Shown here: one piece after another, positions 44,438-54,239 of the stretch
Layout: each line of letters opens with the position of its first letter
How positions within the stretch are numbered: position 1 is the stretch's first letter
Program-made: the position numbers and the translations under genes
The notes under the pieces: generated by a model
Database searches by the model: none
Told to the model about the DNA's origin: nothing
Seen by the model: only the letters and a program-made list of their open reading frames with translations
Assembly: GCA_964537195.1 (NCBI GenBank)
Contig: CAZHYZ010000002.1
Coordinates: 66,416-130,415 of the forward strand
DNA from: an uncultured Methanosarcinales archaeon
GTDB taxonomy: Archaea; Nanobdellota; Nanobdellia; Woesearchaeales; GW2011-AR15
Length of the DNA: 64,000 nucleotides
Direction: 5' to 3'

Positions 44438-45070
44438 ATGCTACTAAATCAGAGACAAGCAAAAAAACTACTTAACAAATATTATATCAAATTTGTTAAG
44501 ACAATATCTTTTCAAAAAATAGATGAAATTAGAGAGAAGATTAATTTTCCAGCAGTATTGAAAATAGATTCTCCCGAAGTTTTACATAAAACAGAACTTG
44601 GTCTAGTTTTTATGGACATAGATGATCTGAGAGAATTAAAGAAGAGAGTTTGGGAAGCAGAGAAGATTATTAAGGTTAAGGGAATAAAGAATTACTCATT
44701 TATATTACAGGAGCAATTAAGTGGCATTGAACTAATAATGGGGATGAAGAGAGACAAAACCTTTGGGACAGTGATATTATTTGGTTTGGGCGGGATTTTG
44801 ACAGAGGTAATTGAAGAAGTAAGCACGAGAATTGCACCCCTAAAGAAAACAGATTGTGAAAACATGATTGAAGAGACAAAGGCAAAAAAATTGTTGGGTG
44901 GGTTTAGGAATCTTCCACAAATTAAAAAAAAAGACCTTGTCGATATGTTGTTGAAACTCTCTGAAATGAGTTTAAAAGAAACAGAAATAAAAGAAATAGA
45001 TTTTAACCCATTAATAGCTAATGATTCCGGTTTAGTTGTTGTAGATGCACGGGTGATAAAAAATGTTTGA
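44438..45070 (+). CDS. acdB: Acetyl-CoA synthetase (ADP-forming) beta subunit (ATP-grasp)
   Basis: ATP-grasp_5 pattern (..VLKIDSPEVLHKTELGLV..IDFNPLIA). It is translationally coupled to the alpha subunit. Confidence 0.75.
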   Translation: MLLNQRQAKKLLNKYYIKFVKTISFQKIDEIREKINFPAVLKIDSPEVLHKTELGLVFMDIDDLRELKKRVWEAEKIIKVKGIKNYSFILQEQLSGIELIMGMKRDKTFGTVILFGLGGILTEVIEEVSTRIAPLKKTDCENMIEETKAKKLLGGFRNLPQIKKKDLVDMLLKLSEMSLKETEIKEIDFNPLIANDSGLVVVDARVIKNV

Positions 45071-46457
45071 TATGTTTTTTTCACCCAGATCTGTAGCTGT
45101 TATTGGAGCATCAAGAAGAAAAAATTCAGCAGGACATGGTGTTTTGAAGAGCTTAGTTAAGGGGGGGGTTTTCAAGAGCAAAACCAATAGGCCCTTTAAA
45201 GGGAAAATATATGCAATTAATCCAAATGCCGATAAAGTGCTTGGGAAAAAATGTTATGGGTCTGTTAAAGAAATAAAGGGTAAAATAGATTTAGCAGTGA
45301 TTGCTGTTCCTGCCAAAATTGTTCCCCAAATTATGGAAGAATGTGCAGAAAAAAAAGTAAAAGGAGTGATAATCATCTCTGCTGGATTTGGTGAAATTGG
45401 TGGACAAGGACAAGAGTTAGAAAAAAAAGTTCTTGAAATAGGTAAAAAAGCTAAAATCCGAATTATTGGACCAAACTGTCTTGGGATTATGCGTCCTTCT
45501 GCAAACTTAAATGCTACTTTTGGTCCATGTATGGCACCGCAAGGAAATGTTGCTTTTTTTTCTCAATCAGGAGCTTTGATAGATAGTGTCATAGACTGGT
45601 CTTTGGAGAAGGAGTATGGTTTTAGTGTGGTTGTTAGTTTAGGGAACAAAATTGATGTAGATGTTTCTGATTTTCTTGAATGGGCTTTAAAAGATAGACA
45701 AACAGAGTCAGTTGCAATTTATTTAGAAGGGTTAAAAGATGGGAAAAGATTCATGAAGGTAGCAAAAAAGGTCAGTAAAAAAAAGCCAATTGTTATATTA
45801 AAAGCAGGTAGATCTGAAACAGGTATGCATGCAGTTAGCAGTCACACGGGTAGTTTGGCGGGTAGCTATGAGGTATATAAGGCAGCTTTTAAACAATCAG
45901 GTGTCCAAGTAGCAGACAATGTTGATGATCTCTTTGAAATGGCAGAAGCCCTTGCAGACCAACCACCCAGCGAGAAAAATGGAATAGGAATTATAACAAA
46001 CGGGGGCGGAGCAGGGGTTTTGTGTGCAGACCATTGTGAAAGATTGGGGATAAAACTTCCCATGCTAAGTAAAAAAACACTCGATATATTGGATAAAAGT
46101 AAGAAAATGCATCCAGCATATTCTAGAGGAAATCCACTTGATTTGGTGGGTGATGCTCTGCATGACAGATATAGGGTGGCAATAGACACCTTAATGCAAC
46201 AAAAAGATATTCATGGTCTTATTATAATACAGACACTACAAACAATGACACAACCAATGTTGGATGCTAAAGTGGTGTTAAGAGCAAGAAAAAAATATCC
46301 TGACAAGCCCATAATCACAAGTTATATGGGTGGGAAATTCTCTAAAAAAGCAGTTGAATATTTAGAATTGCACAATGTCCCTGATTTTAATGTGCCATAT
46401 AAGGCTGCGAGAGCAATGAAGGCACTTATTGATAGAGGAAAATATCTCAATAATTGA
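45063..46457 (+). CDS. acdA: Acetyl-CoA synthetase (ADP-forming) alpha subunit (CoA-binding + ligase-CoA domains)
   Basis: SVAVIGASRRKNSAGH CoA-binding N-terminus and a Succ_CoA_lig region (..SQSGAL..; phospho-His loop SSHTGSLAG). Confidence 0.8.
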   Translation: MFDMFFSPRSVAVIGASRRKNSAGHGVLKSLVKGGVFKSKTNRPFKGKIYAINPNADKVLGKKCYGSVKEIKGKIDLAVIAVPAKIVPQIMEECAEKKVKGVIIISAGFGEIGGQGQELEKKVLEIGKKAKIRIIGPNCLGIMRPSANLNATFGPCMAPQGNVAFFSQSGALIDSVIDWSLEKEYGFSVVVSLGNKIDVDVSDFLEWALKDRQTESVAIYLEGLKDGKRFMKVAKKVSKKKPIVILKAGRSETGMHAVSSHTGSLAGSYEVYKAAFKQSGVQVADNVDDLFEMAEALADQPPSEKNGIGIITNGGGAGVLCADHCERLGIKLPMLSKKTLDILDKSKKMHPAYSRGNPLDLVGDALHDRYRVAIDTLMQQKDIHGLIIIQTLQTMTQPMLDAKVVLRARKKYPDKPIITSYMGGKFSKKAVEYLELHNVPDFNVPYKAARAMKALIDRGKYLNN

Positions 46458-47511
46458 GAGTATATCTTAAAATAGCAGCTATTCCGCCAAGGCCGTCTAA
46501 TTTCTTACCGCCTTCATGCTCAGAACTTATTATGTTTATGTTGCCTTGCATTGACTCGGTTTGTCTCATCAATTTTTCTATTTCTCTAAATTTATCAGCT
46601 TGTCTTTTCTTATGGATAAAATCATCTGTTATTAGTAAATCAGAAACAGCACCAGCTTCCACAACTTTTTTGATATGATCTAAGCCATACTCTGCTTTTC
46701 CTGTTTTTCCAATCTCTTCTAGTAGAGACTCAACAAGTTTCATTTCCTCACTAAATTTCTCTTTTTTCAGAACTTCTTTTACTTCAGGTCTTTTAATAAC
46801 TTCATTTATTCCGTTTTCACCAACAGATGAGCAAGTTGCATACACTATCTTCTTTTTTAGTTTGTCTTCTGTAATTCTCTTTTGTATGTATTCACGCCAA
46901 AAATTAGGACTTGCTATGACAATATTTGAGAAATCATACCTTTTATCATACTCGTGAATAGTCTTTTTTAAAATTGAGAAAAAATCCTCATCTTTTGTTT
47001 TAACTTCTGCTTTTTTACTTACTTGTGCAGATATGTTTCCAATTAATTCATAACCATATTTTTTTAATAAGGCAAAATAAGCTTCTTCTCTGTCGTGAAC
47101 ACAAATCAATATGTTTTCATGACTTTGTTTTTCAGCTTCCTCTAATTTTTTTATTTGATAATTGAGAAAATTTTCTTTTAGTAAAGAGAATTCATCCCCT
47201 TCTTCAAGATTAATCGTGTGATGACTTCCTTGAGGAATATCCTCTGGTCCATCTTTTATAATCCCAGAGACTCTCAATACATTAGAATACTTAGCGAATT
47301 CAACTTTGTTTACCTCTATAGCTAACACTACGGTTTTCTTGATGACTTTTGTACTTCTTTCCTCCTCTCCCCCTAATTTAATTTTTCTCTGTGTAACAGA
47401 TTTTAACACGTCGCCGGATTCGATAATATAAGTCAAGTACCATAAATCATCTAAATTCTCTATCTTTGCTCTTACAAAGTTGTTTTTATAGTTCTTTGAT
47501 ATTAGTTTCAT
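46447..47511 (-). CDS. pelA: Pelota/Dom34 mRNA-surveillance factor
   Basis: MKLISKNYKNNFVRAKIENLDDLWYLTYIIESGD eRF1-like domain 1 start, with central and C-terminal eRF1 domains. The start is taken at M27 of the tracked ORF. Confidence 0.8.
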   Translation of the reverse strand: MKLISKNYKNNFVRAKIENLDDLWYLTYIIESGDVLKSVTQRKIKLGGEEERSTKVIKKTVVLAIEVNKVEFAKYSNVLRVSGIIKDGPEDIPQGSHHTINLEEGDEFSLLKENFLNYQIKKLEEAEKQSHENILICVHDREEAYFALLKKYGYELIGNISAQVSKKAEVKTKDEDFFSILKKTIHEYDKRYDFSNIVIASPNFWREYIQKRITEDKLKKKIVYATCSSVGENGINEVIKRPEVKEVLKKEKFSEEMKLVESLLEEIGKTGKAEYGLDHIKKVVEAGAVSDLLITDDFIHKKRQADKFREIEKLMRQTESMQGNINIISSEHEGGKKLDGLGGIAAILRYTLNY

Positions 47512-47546
47512 ATGGAGAGTGAAAATGATAACATTTAAATATGTAA

Positions 47547-48743
47547 TTGCCTGTTTTTGATGTAATGGCAAAGGGACAAACACAACCACAAGGATATATT
47601 TCTCTGCTTATATTCATTATAGGAGTACTTATTATTGTTTATATATTAATGCTTCCTCCACCAGATAGAGCAGAGCTTCTAGAACAAAACAGAACAAATG
47701 CAGAAGATGGCATTAAAGACGATATTACTGTTTTGATGACCAGAGAACCAGGCACATTGACAAACATAGCTGATGATGAGGTTGTTAATGATTTACCAGC
47801 ATTTAATTTATTTACTAGAACGGATGCCACGATTATCGAGGAGTATGATTCATTCTATATTATGAAATCTTTGTTTGAGGAAAAGAATAAAGAGATTGCA
47901 TTCCAAATTGATGACTTTGAGAATACAGAAGATGTTGTTTTATCATATACTGCTCCCGTAAATGAAGGCAGACTGACCATTGCTCTTAATGGAGAAACAA
48001 TTATGAGCAAAGAGCTTGATACACAGAGTCCTCCGCCTCTGAAACTTCCTGCAGACTTGTTGCAGGACAGCAATAGATTGGTTTTTAGTACATCCGGACC
48101 AGGAATTCTATTCTGGGAAGTTAATGAGTTCAATATTGAAAATCTAAAGATTACTGGTGAAGTTACAGATGTTTCAGGTAGGGAGAACAAACAAATATTA
48201 TATATAACACAACAAGAACTTGATAATTTAGAAATGTTTGAACTTTCTTTTGCTGTGGATTGTAAGGCGACAGCAGTTGCACCCATTCAAATTTATCTTA
48301 ATAAAAGACAAATTTATTACAGCATTCCAGATTGTGGTTCCTTGGTAAAAGTTCCTGGGGTCTCACCTCAGAGATTGAGATCAGGAGAAAATGATTTGTT
48401 GTTTAGAACAGAGAAAGGCAACTATCAATTATATAGAATAGAAGCAAATTTAAAACTAAAAGAGCCAGTTTTTCCCACATATTATTTTACACTTTCTAAG
48501 GACCAACATAATAAGGTTAAAAAAGGGGATGCAGATGTTAATGTGACTCTTTTGTTTTCTAATGATGAAGATAGAAAAAAAGGCTTTTTAAGAGTAAACG
48601 GTGCACGTTATGATATAAACACATATGACATGGGATTTAACAGAAAGGCAAATGAATTTATTAGAATAGGAAATAATGCTGTTGAGATTGAGCCAGATAC
48701 AGAGTTAGATATTTTGGAATTAAGGGTTATGTTTGCAGAGTAA
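47547..48743 (+). CDS. Membrane-anchored or secreted beta-rich protein (first gene of a surface-protein cluster)
   Basis: N-terminal MAKGQTQPQGYISLLIFIIGVLIIVYILML (signal anchor, possibly a class III/pilin-like signal), then a ~350-aa extracellular region. Confidence 0.4.
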   Translation: MPVFDVMAKGQTQPQGYISLLIFIIGVLIIVYILMLPPPDRAELLEQNRTNAEDGIKDDITVLMTREPGTLTNIADDEVVNDLPAFNLFTRTDATIIEEYDSFYIMKSLFEEKNKEIAFQIDDFENTEDVVLSYTAPVNEGRLTIALNGETIMSKELDTQSPPPLKLPADLLQDSNRLVFSTSGPGILFWEVNEFNIENLKITGEVTDVSGRENKQILYITQQELDNLEMFELSFAVDCKATAVAPIQIYLNKRQIYYSIPDCGSLVKVPGVSPQRLRSGENDLLFRTEKGNYQLYRIEANLKLKEPVFPTYYFTLSKDQHNKVKKGDADVNVTLLFSNDEDRKKGFLRVNGARYDINTYDMGFNRKANEFIRIGNNAVEIEPDTELDILELRVMFAE

Positions 48744-48782
48744 GAAAGATTTATATATCTTGTTTGTTCTAAGAAATAGAGA

Positions 48783-50738
48783 ATGGTCCAAATAAAATTG
48801 CCCCAAGATAGGCCTGTTTTTCAAGGTGTTGTTTCTGTTTTGGTTGCTCTAGCAATACTTGTGGTGGACATTAGAACTGGATTTCTTGGCTATCATCTAC
48901 AAGGATATGAGTGGTATAATTGGCTTCTTGGTTTATTTACTGCAGGCGGACTTGTCTTAATGGCACATTCTTTTGTTTCACATTGGGGAAGATGGAAAGA
49001 AGGCACATCCGCAGTATTAAAAGATGCAATGTTTGTTTTGTGTGGTTTATTAAAATTCCAATCTGGGTGGGCTTGGATTAGGATTGTACTGATTTATATT
49101 GTGTATCATTTTTTCTTAGTTCCCACAATTGAAAATAATAATCCGGAAGAAAAAGAGAAATGGAACATCTATATGGTCGGAATTTTGGTTTTAGATTATG
49201 TTGTTCTCGGATCTTTATATAAATACACAGGCATAACTAAATGGCATATTCCAATATATTTGATAGCTTTCTCAGCTTATTTTCAATCAGTTGCAAAAAG
49301 CGCTTTTTTTACAATAGTTCTTACTTTATCATTTGCATTTTTGGCATTTTCGTTTATGGGAGTAGAACAAACTTTCCAACCAGGAATTTGGACAGCAGAC
49401 AGAGCAGAGCAAAATGCTTTTGTTAGAAGCGTAAAAGATTTTGGTGAATCTTTAGCGACAATCCCTAAAAATATACAACAAACGTGGAATTCAACGTATA
49501 ATAGTATTTTCAATCCAGATTATTATTATGATGGTCAACAAGAAGAAACAGATAAGCCACAAGGAGTTTATTTGGAGGAAATGGAGCGGGGTGAACTAAT
49601 ATATAGGGAAGGGAATGATGTGTATGTTTGGGCCAGAGTGACTGCAAAGACATTAGATGAACCTATTTTTGTTGAGGTAGATTGTGAGACAGAGCTTGAT
49701 ATTGATTTTGATACCATTCCTTTAGCTGGAACCATCGAAAGCGGTCTTGATGAGTTCACGGTTTTCTCAGGAGTAGAAAAAACTATCCCCTGCAAATTTA
49801 AGAACCTTCCCGAAGGAGATTATGATGTAAAATTTTCTGCCAGGTTTGGATTTAGTGGAAGCGCAAAAAAAGAAGTATACTTAATGAGAAGAGAGCGCCT
49901 CATGAATGATCTTGAATCATTGTATGATAGAAAAGATGGTCCTGCAACAAAAGAAGAAGTGTTAAGAGAATTATATGATATTGAGAATACAGAACCTGAG
50001 TCAATATTTACAACGGGGCCAGTTGGCATAGGTATCGAGACAGATAAAGTTCCTTGGGACATAGGGGGAGAAAATATTAAGCCTTTATTTGGAGTAACAA
50101 TAGAAAATTTGTGGACAACAGGAGGCAAGATAGAGAGAATAAATAATTTGGTCTTAAATATTCCAAACACAATGAAAATAGAACCCCAATATTGTGACCA
50201 ACCAATAGAATATGCAGGAGAAGAAGACGATTCAAAATTATATATTGTTAGACCTGACGAAGAGACAGTCAGCGACATTAAAAAATATGTTACTGTAAAT
50301 TGTTTGATGGAAGTTGATGAATCAACATTAGATAATGTTCCAGTTACCACCAGGTTTTTAAAAGTTGATGTTGATTATGATTATGTAATTGAAAATGAGA
50401 TAGATATTGGTGTTGAAGGCTATGATTTCTTAGATGAAGAAGAGGAAATCTTTGACAAAAATACGGCCTGTTGTGAATATAGTGATAAGGGGGGCTCTAT
50501 AAAAGAATATAATTGGGTAGCTAGTGAAGAAGAATGTTTAACAGAATATGAAGACAGTCCAGAAGCAATCACAAGAGTTGTTGACATTGATTATTGTGCA
50601 CAAGTCTGTTGTATAAGTTATGAAGCTGGTCGTGGCCTAAGTAGTGAATTGGGCAGAGAAGTAACTTCAATTTATGAATGCGAAAACGATTTGGCTCCTG
50701 GCGTTTATACTATTAAGAAAGAGGTAAGTGAATGTTGA
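48783..50738 (+). CDS. Polytopic membrane protein (about six N-terminal TM helices) with a large extracellular acidic domain
   Basis: Hydropathy over residues 1-200. The C-terminal 450 aa are Asp/Glu-rich and beta-rich, with paired Cys near the end. Confidence 0.4.
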   Translation: MVQIKLPQDRPVFQGVVSVLVALAILVVDIRTGFLGYHLQGYEWYNWLLGLFTAGGLVLMAHSFVSHWGRWKEGTSAVLKDAMFVLCGLLKFQSGWAWIRIVLIYIVYHFFLVPTIENNNPEEKEKWNIYMVGILVLDYVVLGSLYKYTGITKWHIPIYLIAFSAYFQSVAKSAFFTIVLTLSFAFLAFSFMGVEQTFQPGIWTADRAEQNAFVRSVKDFGESLATIPKNIQQTWNSTYNSIFNPDYYYDGQQEETDKPQGVYLEEMERGELIYREGNDVYVWARVTAKTLDEPIFVEVDCETELDIDFDTIPLAGTIESGLDEFTVFSGVEKTIPCKFKNLPEGDYDVKFSARFGFSGSAKKEVYLMRRERLMNDLESLYDRKDGPATKEEVLRELYDIENTEPESIFTTGPVGIGIETDKVPWDIGGENIKPLFGVTIENLWTTGGKIERINNLVLNIPNTMKIEPQYCDQPIEYAGEEDDSKLYIVRPDEETVSDIKKYVTVNCLMEVDESTLDNVPVTTRFLKVDVDYDYVIENEIDIGVEGYDFLDEEEEIFDKNTACCEYSDKGGSIKEYNWVASEEECLTEYEDSPEAITRVVDIDYCAQVCCISYEAGRGLSSELGREVTSIYECENDLAPGVYTIKKEVSEC

Positions 50739-51694
50739 GCAAAATGAAACTTAATTGGTCTGTATTGGTTGTATTGACTTTAATTCTATTAAATGGGTGT
50801 ATATGGAATGATTCTTCTGATGAGGGTACAGATATAGAAAAAGACCTATACCAAGGAACAAAAGGCGTTGTTTTAGACATAGTTGATGAGAACATACCTG
50901 ATGAGTTATATGAGAACGAAGAAATCAACTATGTGGCAAAATTCACGAATGAGGGACCTTATCAGGTTAACAATGCCAAACTTTTAGTGAGCGTGGATAA
51001 AGGTTATATGCATTTTTCTAATGAAGAATCTGTTTATGGAGAAGAAAAATTTGGTCTTGAAGGAAAGACCCAATATAATATGTTTGATGACTTTGAAATT
51101 AAAGAGTTGACAATTTATACTGGGGATATAGATCCCCTAAGCGAATATCACGACGCATCGATTCTCACAACATTTTGTTATGATTATAAAGGAATTGCAA
51201 TAACAGATGTTTGCATTGACACAGACCCCTATGATACCAAAGCAACAGAAGACATATGTGATGCGGGAGAAGTCATTAGTCTTTCAAAAGGCCAGGGTGG
51301 TCCTGTGGTTATAGACAGAATAGAAACAACCATGCTTACTGAAAATGATTTTATAAGACCTCAATTTAAAATTCACATGAAAAATGTTGGTCAGGGAACA
51401 GTAATCCAAGTGGGTTCTGTTACAGAGGTTTGTAGTAGCGACGGATTGGTTGGCGGGACATATAACACAATCAAATTTGATAATATTGAGCTATCAAACT
51501 TTAAAACAGGAGATTTCGAATGTTTTCCTAAAGGAATTAGTCTTAGAAAAGAAGAAGATTTTGTTACTTGCACACTTAAATCAGGAAAGATACCCAAATC
51601 AGATTCATCATACATGAGTCCACTGAAAATCGAAATTTCTTATGGATATACACAATCAGAATCGAAAGAGGTAAGGATATTGAGAATGCGTTAA
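50732..51694 (+). CDS. Predicted lipoprotein with CARDB-like repeats (paralogue 1)
   Basis: Signal + lipobox-like LLNGC. Conserved core TFCYDYKG..C..GQGGPVVI shared with the next two genes. NxG beta-sandwich motifs. Confidence 0.45.
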   Translation: MLSKMKLNWSVLVVLTLILLNGCIWNDSSDEGTDIEKDLYQGTKGVVLDIVDENIPDELYENEEINYVAKFTNEGPYQVNNAKLLVSVDKGYMHFSNEESVYGEEKFGLEGKTQYNMFDDFEIKELTIYTGDIDPLSEYHDASILTTFCYDYKGIAITDVCIDTDPYDTKATEDICDAGEVISLSKGQGGPVVIDRIETTMLTENDFIRPQFKIHMKNVGQGTVIQVGSVTEVCSSDGLVGGTYNTIKFDNIELSNFKTGDFECFPKGISLRKEEDFVTCTLKSGKIPKSDSSYMSPLKIEISYGYTQSESKEVRILRMR

Positions 51695-51695
51695 A

Positions 51696-52556
51696 ATGAA
51701 AAAAATACTTTTCCTATTTTTATTGTTTATTATTGCATGTACTGTAACTGAAAACACGGCCGATTGGAAAACAGGAACACAAGGACTTGTAATGAGTTAT
51801 GAATCAGGAGAGCCGAAAACAGAGTATCTTAGCAACCAAAGGGTGAAAGTTACAGTAAATTATGAGAACAAAGGAACAGCTATAGCAAGAAACATAAATT
51901 TCTGGTTAACCTCTTTTGATGAGAGCATATTGGGGTTTACCAACCTCCACAAAATTCCTGCTAACCTGGGTGGGAAAACACAAGATAATCCAGAAGGATA
52001 TCCAAGTAGATATGTGGAATGGGAAACCACAATTGACGTTCCTTCACCAGAAATAGATAGTTTTGATCAAGTTGTTAGTGTTGTTGCATGTTATGAGTAT
52101 TCAACAGAAGCAGAAGGTCTTGTTTGTCTAGAACCAGATACAAGAAATCCAAAATGTGATTTTTCTGTCAAAAACATAGGCACTAGTCAAGGAGCACCAA
52201 TAGCTATCACACAAGTTAAAAGACAAATCTCTACTGATGAAATTATAGTTGAGATTTATTTGGAAAACAAAGGAGGAGGGAATCCAATACTTGGTTCTGA
52301 CTGTAAAAATCCAGATATAAGAGATATCAATGTGATAGATGCTCCCAGCGTTATGATTGGTGGAGTAAGAAAAAATCCAAGAATTAGGTTATCTTGTGTT
52401 CCTTCAAAAATTAGACTTGAAAACAACAAAGGATACACTATTTGTAGGGGAAATTTCAATCAGAAGACACAGACCGAAGAACAAATATATGTAGATTTTA
52501 ATTATAGGTACAGACAGAAAATGTCTGATAAAAAGATTACAATACTAAATCCGTAG
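51696..52556 (+). CDS. Predicted lipoprotein with CARDB-like repeats (paralogue 2)
   Basis: Signal + IIAC lipobox-like. ACYEYSTEAEGLVC..GTSQGAPIAI core. Confidence 0.45.
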   Translation: MKKILFLFLLFIIACTVTENTADWKTGTQGLVMSYESGEPKTEYLSNQRVKVTVNYENKGTAIARNINFWLTSFDESILGFTNLHKIPANLGGKTQDNPEGYPSRYVEWETTIDVPSPEIDSFDQVVSVVACYEYSTEAEGLVCLEPDTRNPKCDFSVKNIGTSQGAPIAITQVKRQISTDEIIVEIYLENKGGGNPILGSDCKNPDIRDINVIDAPSVMIGGVRKNPRIRLSCVPSKIRLENNKGYTICRGNFNQKTQTEEQIYVDFNYRYRQKMSDKKITILNP

Positions 52557-52607
52557 TAGAAAGATTTATAATTATCTGAAACTAATAAAACTTAAAGGTG
52601 ATGATGG

Positions 52608-53540
52608 ATGAAAAAATCAATAATTCTTGTTGTAGTTGTTTTAGCACTTTTCACAATACTTGGTTGTGAAACTCAGAATGGTGAAAATGAGCTCAATAAT
52701 CCTTTTGTTGGAGGTTCTCAAGGATTGCAGATTACATTTGAACAAGATAGGCCGCCAGAGGCAGTTACAGATGATAGAAGTTGGCCTTTCTATGTTGAAC
52801 TCATATTGAAAAACATGGGAGAATCTTATGTTGAGGGAAGCGATGTCTTCATACAAATAAGTGGGCTACAATCAGATGCATTTGGAGTTTCTGATTCTGA
52901 CTTAAGAAAAGATGGTATAGACCAAGACATATTCTCAGTTGAAAAAGAAGAAGACAGAGTAATTGAACCTGCAGAAGTTTATGTTACTTTTGGAGAATTT
53001 AATTATGTGCCTGACTTAAACACAAATTATGGTCCAATTGATGTTAGGGCAGAAGTATGTTATGAATACTCAACGGAGGCTGTTGCACTTGGTTGTATCC
53101 TAAGAAACCCAACAAACCCACCAGAACAAGCATACTGTGAAGTAAGTGGAGAAAAAAAGATATACAATTCAGGGGCACCATTACAAATATCTAATTTTGT
53201 AGAAAGTCCTTCAGGGTCTGATAGAATAAAATATGTTTTTTCAATAGAACATGTTGGACCTGGAAGATTCTTTTCACCAGGAAGCAAGTGTTTTGATCAA
53301 CAGAGGTCTGAAAACAAAGTCCATTTTTCTATTGTGTCTGGAGTTGCTAATCTTAATTGCCAACCTGTAAGCGGCGGAGGAAAAGAAGGAGAAGTATACT
53401 TAGGCAGAGATGGTAAAGCAGACGTTTCATGTGTACAAGAAACAGAAGTGGGAAGTGATTTCTTTGACCAGATTACTGTAGAACTAACATATGATTACCT
53501 ACAGACACAAGAAGTTCCTCTATTGGTTAAGGCAGACTAA
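52608..53540 (+). CDS. Predicted lipoprotein with CARDB-like repeats (paralogue 3)
   Basis: Signal + ILGC lipobox-like. VCYEYSTEAVALGC..NSGAPLQI core. Confidence 0.45.
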   Translation: MKKSIILVVVVLALFTILGCETQNGENELNNPFVGGSQGLQITFEQDRPPEAVTDDRSWPFYVELILKNMGESYVEGSDVFIQISGLQSDAFGVSDSDLRKDGIDQDIFSVEKEEDRVIEPAEVYVTFGEFNYVPDLNTNYGPIDVRAEVCYEYSTEAVALGCILRNPTNPPEQAYCEVSGEKKIYNSGAPLQISNFVESPSGSDRIKYVFSIEHVGPGRFFSPGSKCFDQQRSENKVHFSIVSGVANLNCQPVSGGGKEGEVYLGRDGKADVSCVQETEVGSDFFDQITVELTYDYLQTQEVPLLVKAD

Positions 53541-54238
53541 TTGAGAATTTCTTTAAATTTTTCTTTTATATCTTTTTCTCTTTCATAATACTTCTTTTTA
53601 GATTCTTTTAGCTCACCATAATATCTCTTTAAATCTTCAGTTAGACTTTCTACTTGCGTCTTGTATTCAATCTCTTTATCTAGGTGAAGTTTGCCTAATT
53701 TTTTTAATCTGTCTTCGAAATTCTTCCTAATCAAGATTGTTTTTTGTTTTAGTAAGTCTTCATTTGCTAAACTTTTTTTACTTAGAAGGGTTAGTTTATC
53801 CATTATTCTATTATTGAGAAGTTTCATCTTTTCGTAATTCTCATAAATTTCTTTAGTTCCCTTTAATAATTTCTTGTATTGTGTTGTCAAATGGATATTC
53901 TTTTCTTTTTCCTTGGCTAATCTTTTATTTAATTCAAGCTTTAATTCCTCATATTCTCTTAACAAAGATTTGTGTTTGTGTTGAGATTTTTTCTTTTCTT
54001 CTTTTACTGATTTTGTTAATTTGTTGAATTTATCATACATGTCGCTTTTAATGAGGTCCTGATTCTTTAATAGAAGTTTTCTTAGTTTTAGGTTGTTTTC
54101 TTCTATCTTTTTGAATGCAGCAATGTTTACTAACAATCTTTTAAGAAGGTCTTCAGTCATAGAAATCTCTCTATTAACAGAACTGGCCTCTTTTTTAGTT
54201 ACTCTATCTAATTCCTCAAAATCAGGTAATCTAACCAT
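53537..54238 (-). CDS. Lys/Glu-rich coiled-coil protein
   Basis: Heptad-rich sequence over the whole length. The start is placed at MVRLPDFEEL so it does not overlap the upstream RFC gene. Confidence 0.4.
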   Translation of the reverse strand: MVRLPDFEELDRVTKKEASSVNREISMTEDLLKRLLVNIAAFKKIEENNLKLRKLLLKNQDLIKSDMYDKFNKLTKSVKEEKKKSQHKHKSLLREYEELKLELNKRLAKEKEKNIHLTTQYKKLLKGTKEIYENYEKMKLLNNRIMDKLTLLSKKSLANEDLLKQKTILIRKNFEDRLKKLGKLHLDKEIEYKTQVESLTEDLKRYYGELKESKKKYYEREKDIKEKFKEILN

Positions 54239-54239
54239 T

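Noticed and set aside
47512-47589. N-terminal 26-aa extension of the Pelota ORF (MVVFVPLPLHQKQAITYLNVIIFTLH)
   Set aside because: Pelota domain 1 begins at MKLISKNYK. The extension would overlap the divergent downstream gene start and looks like an alternative-start artefact.
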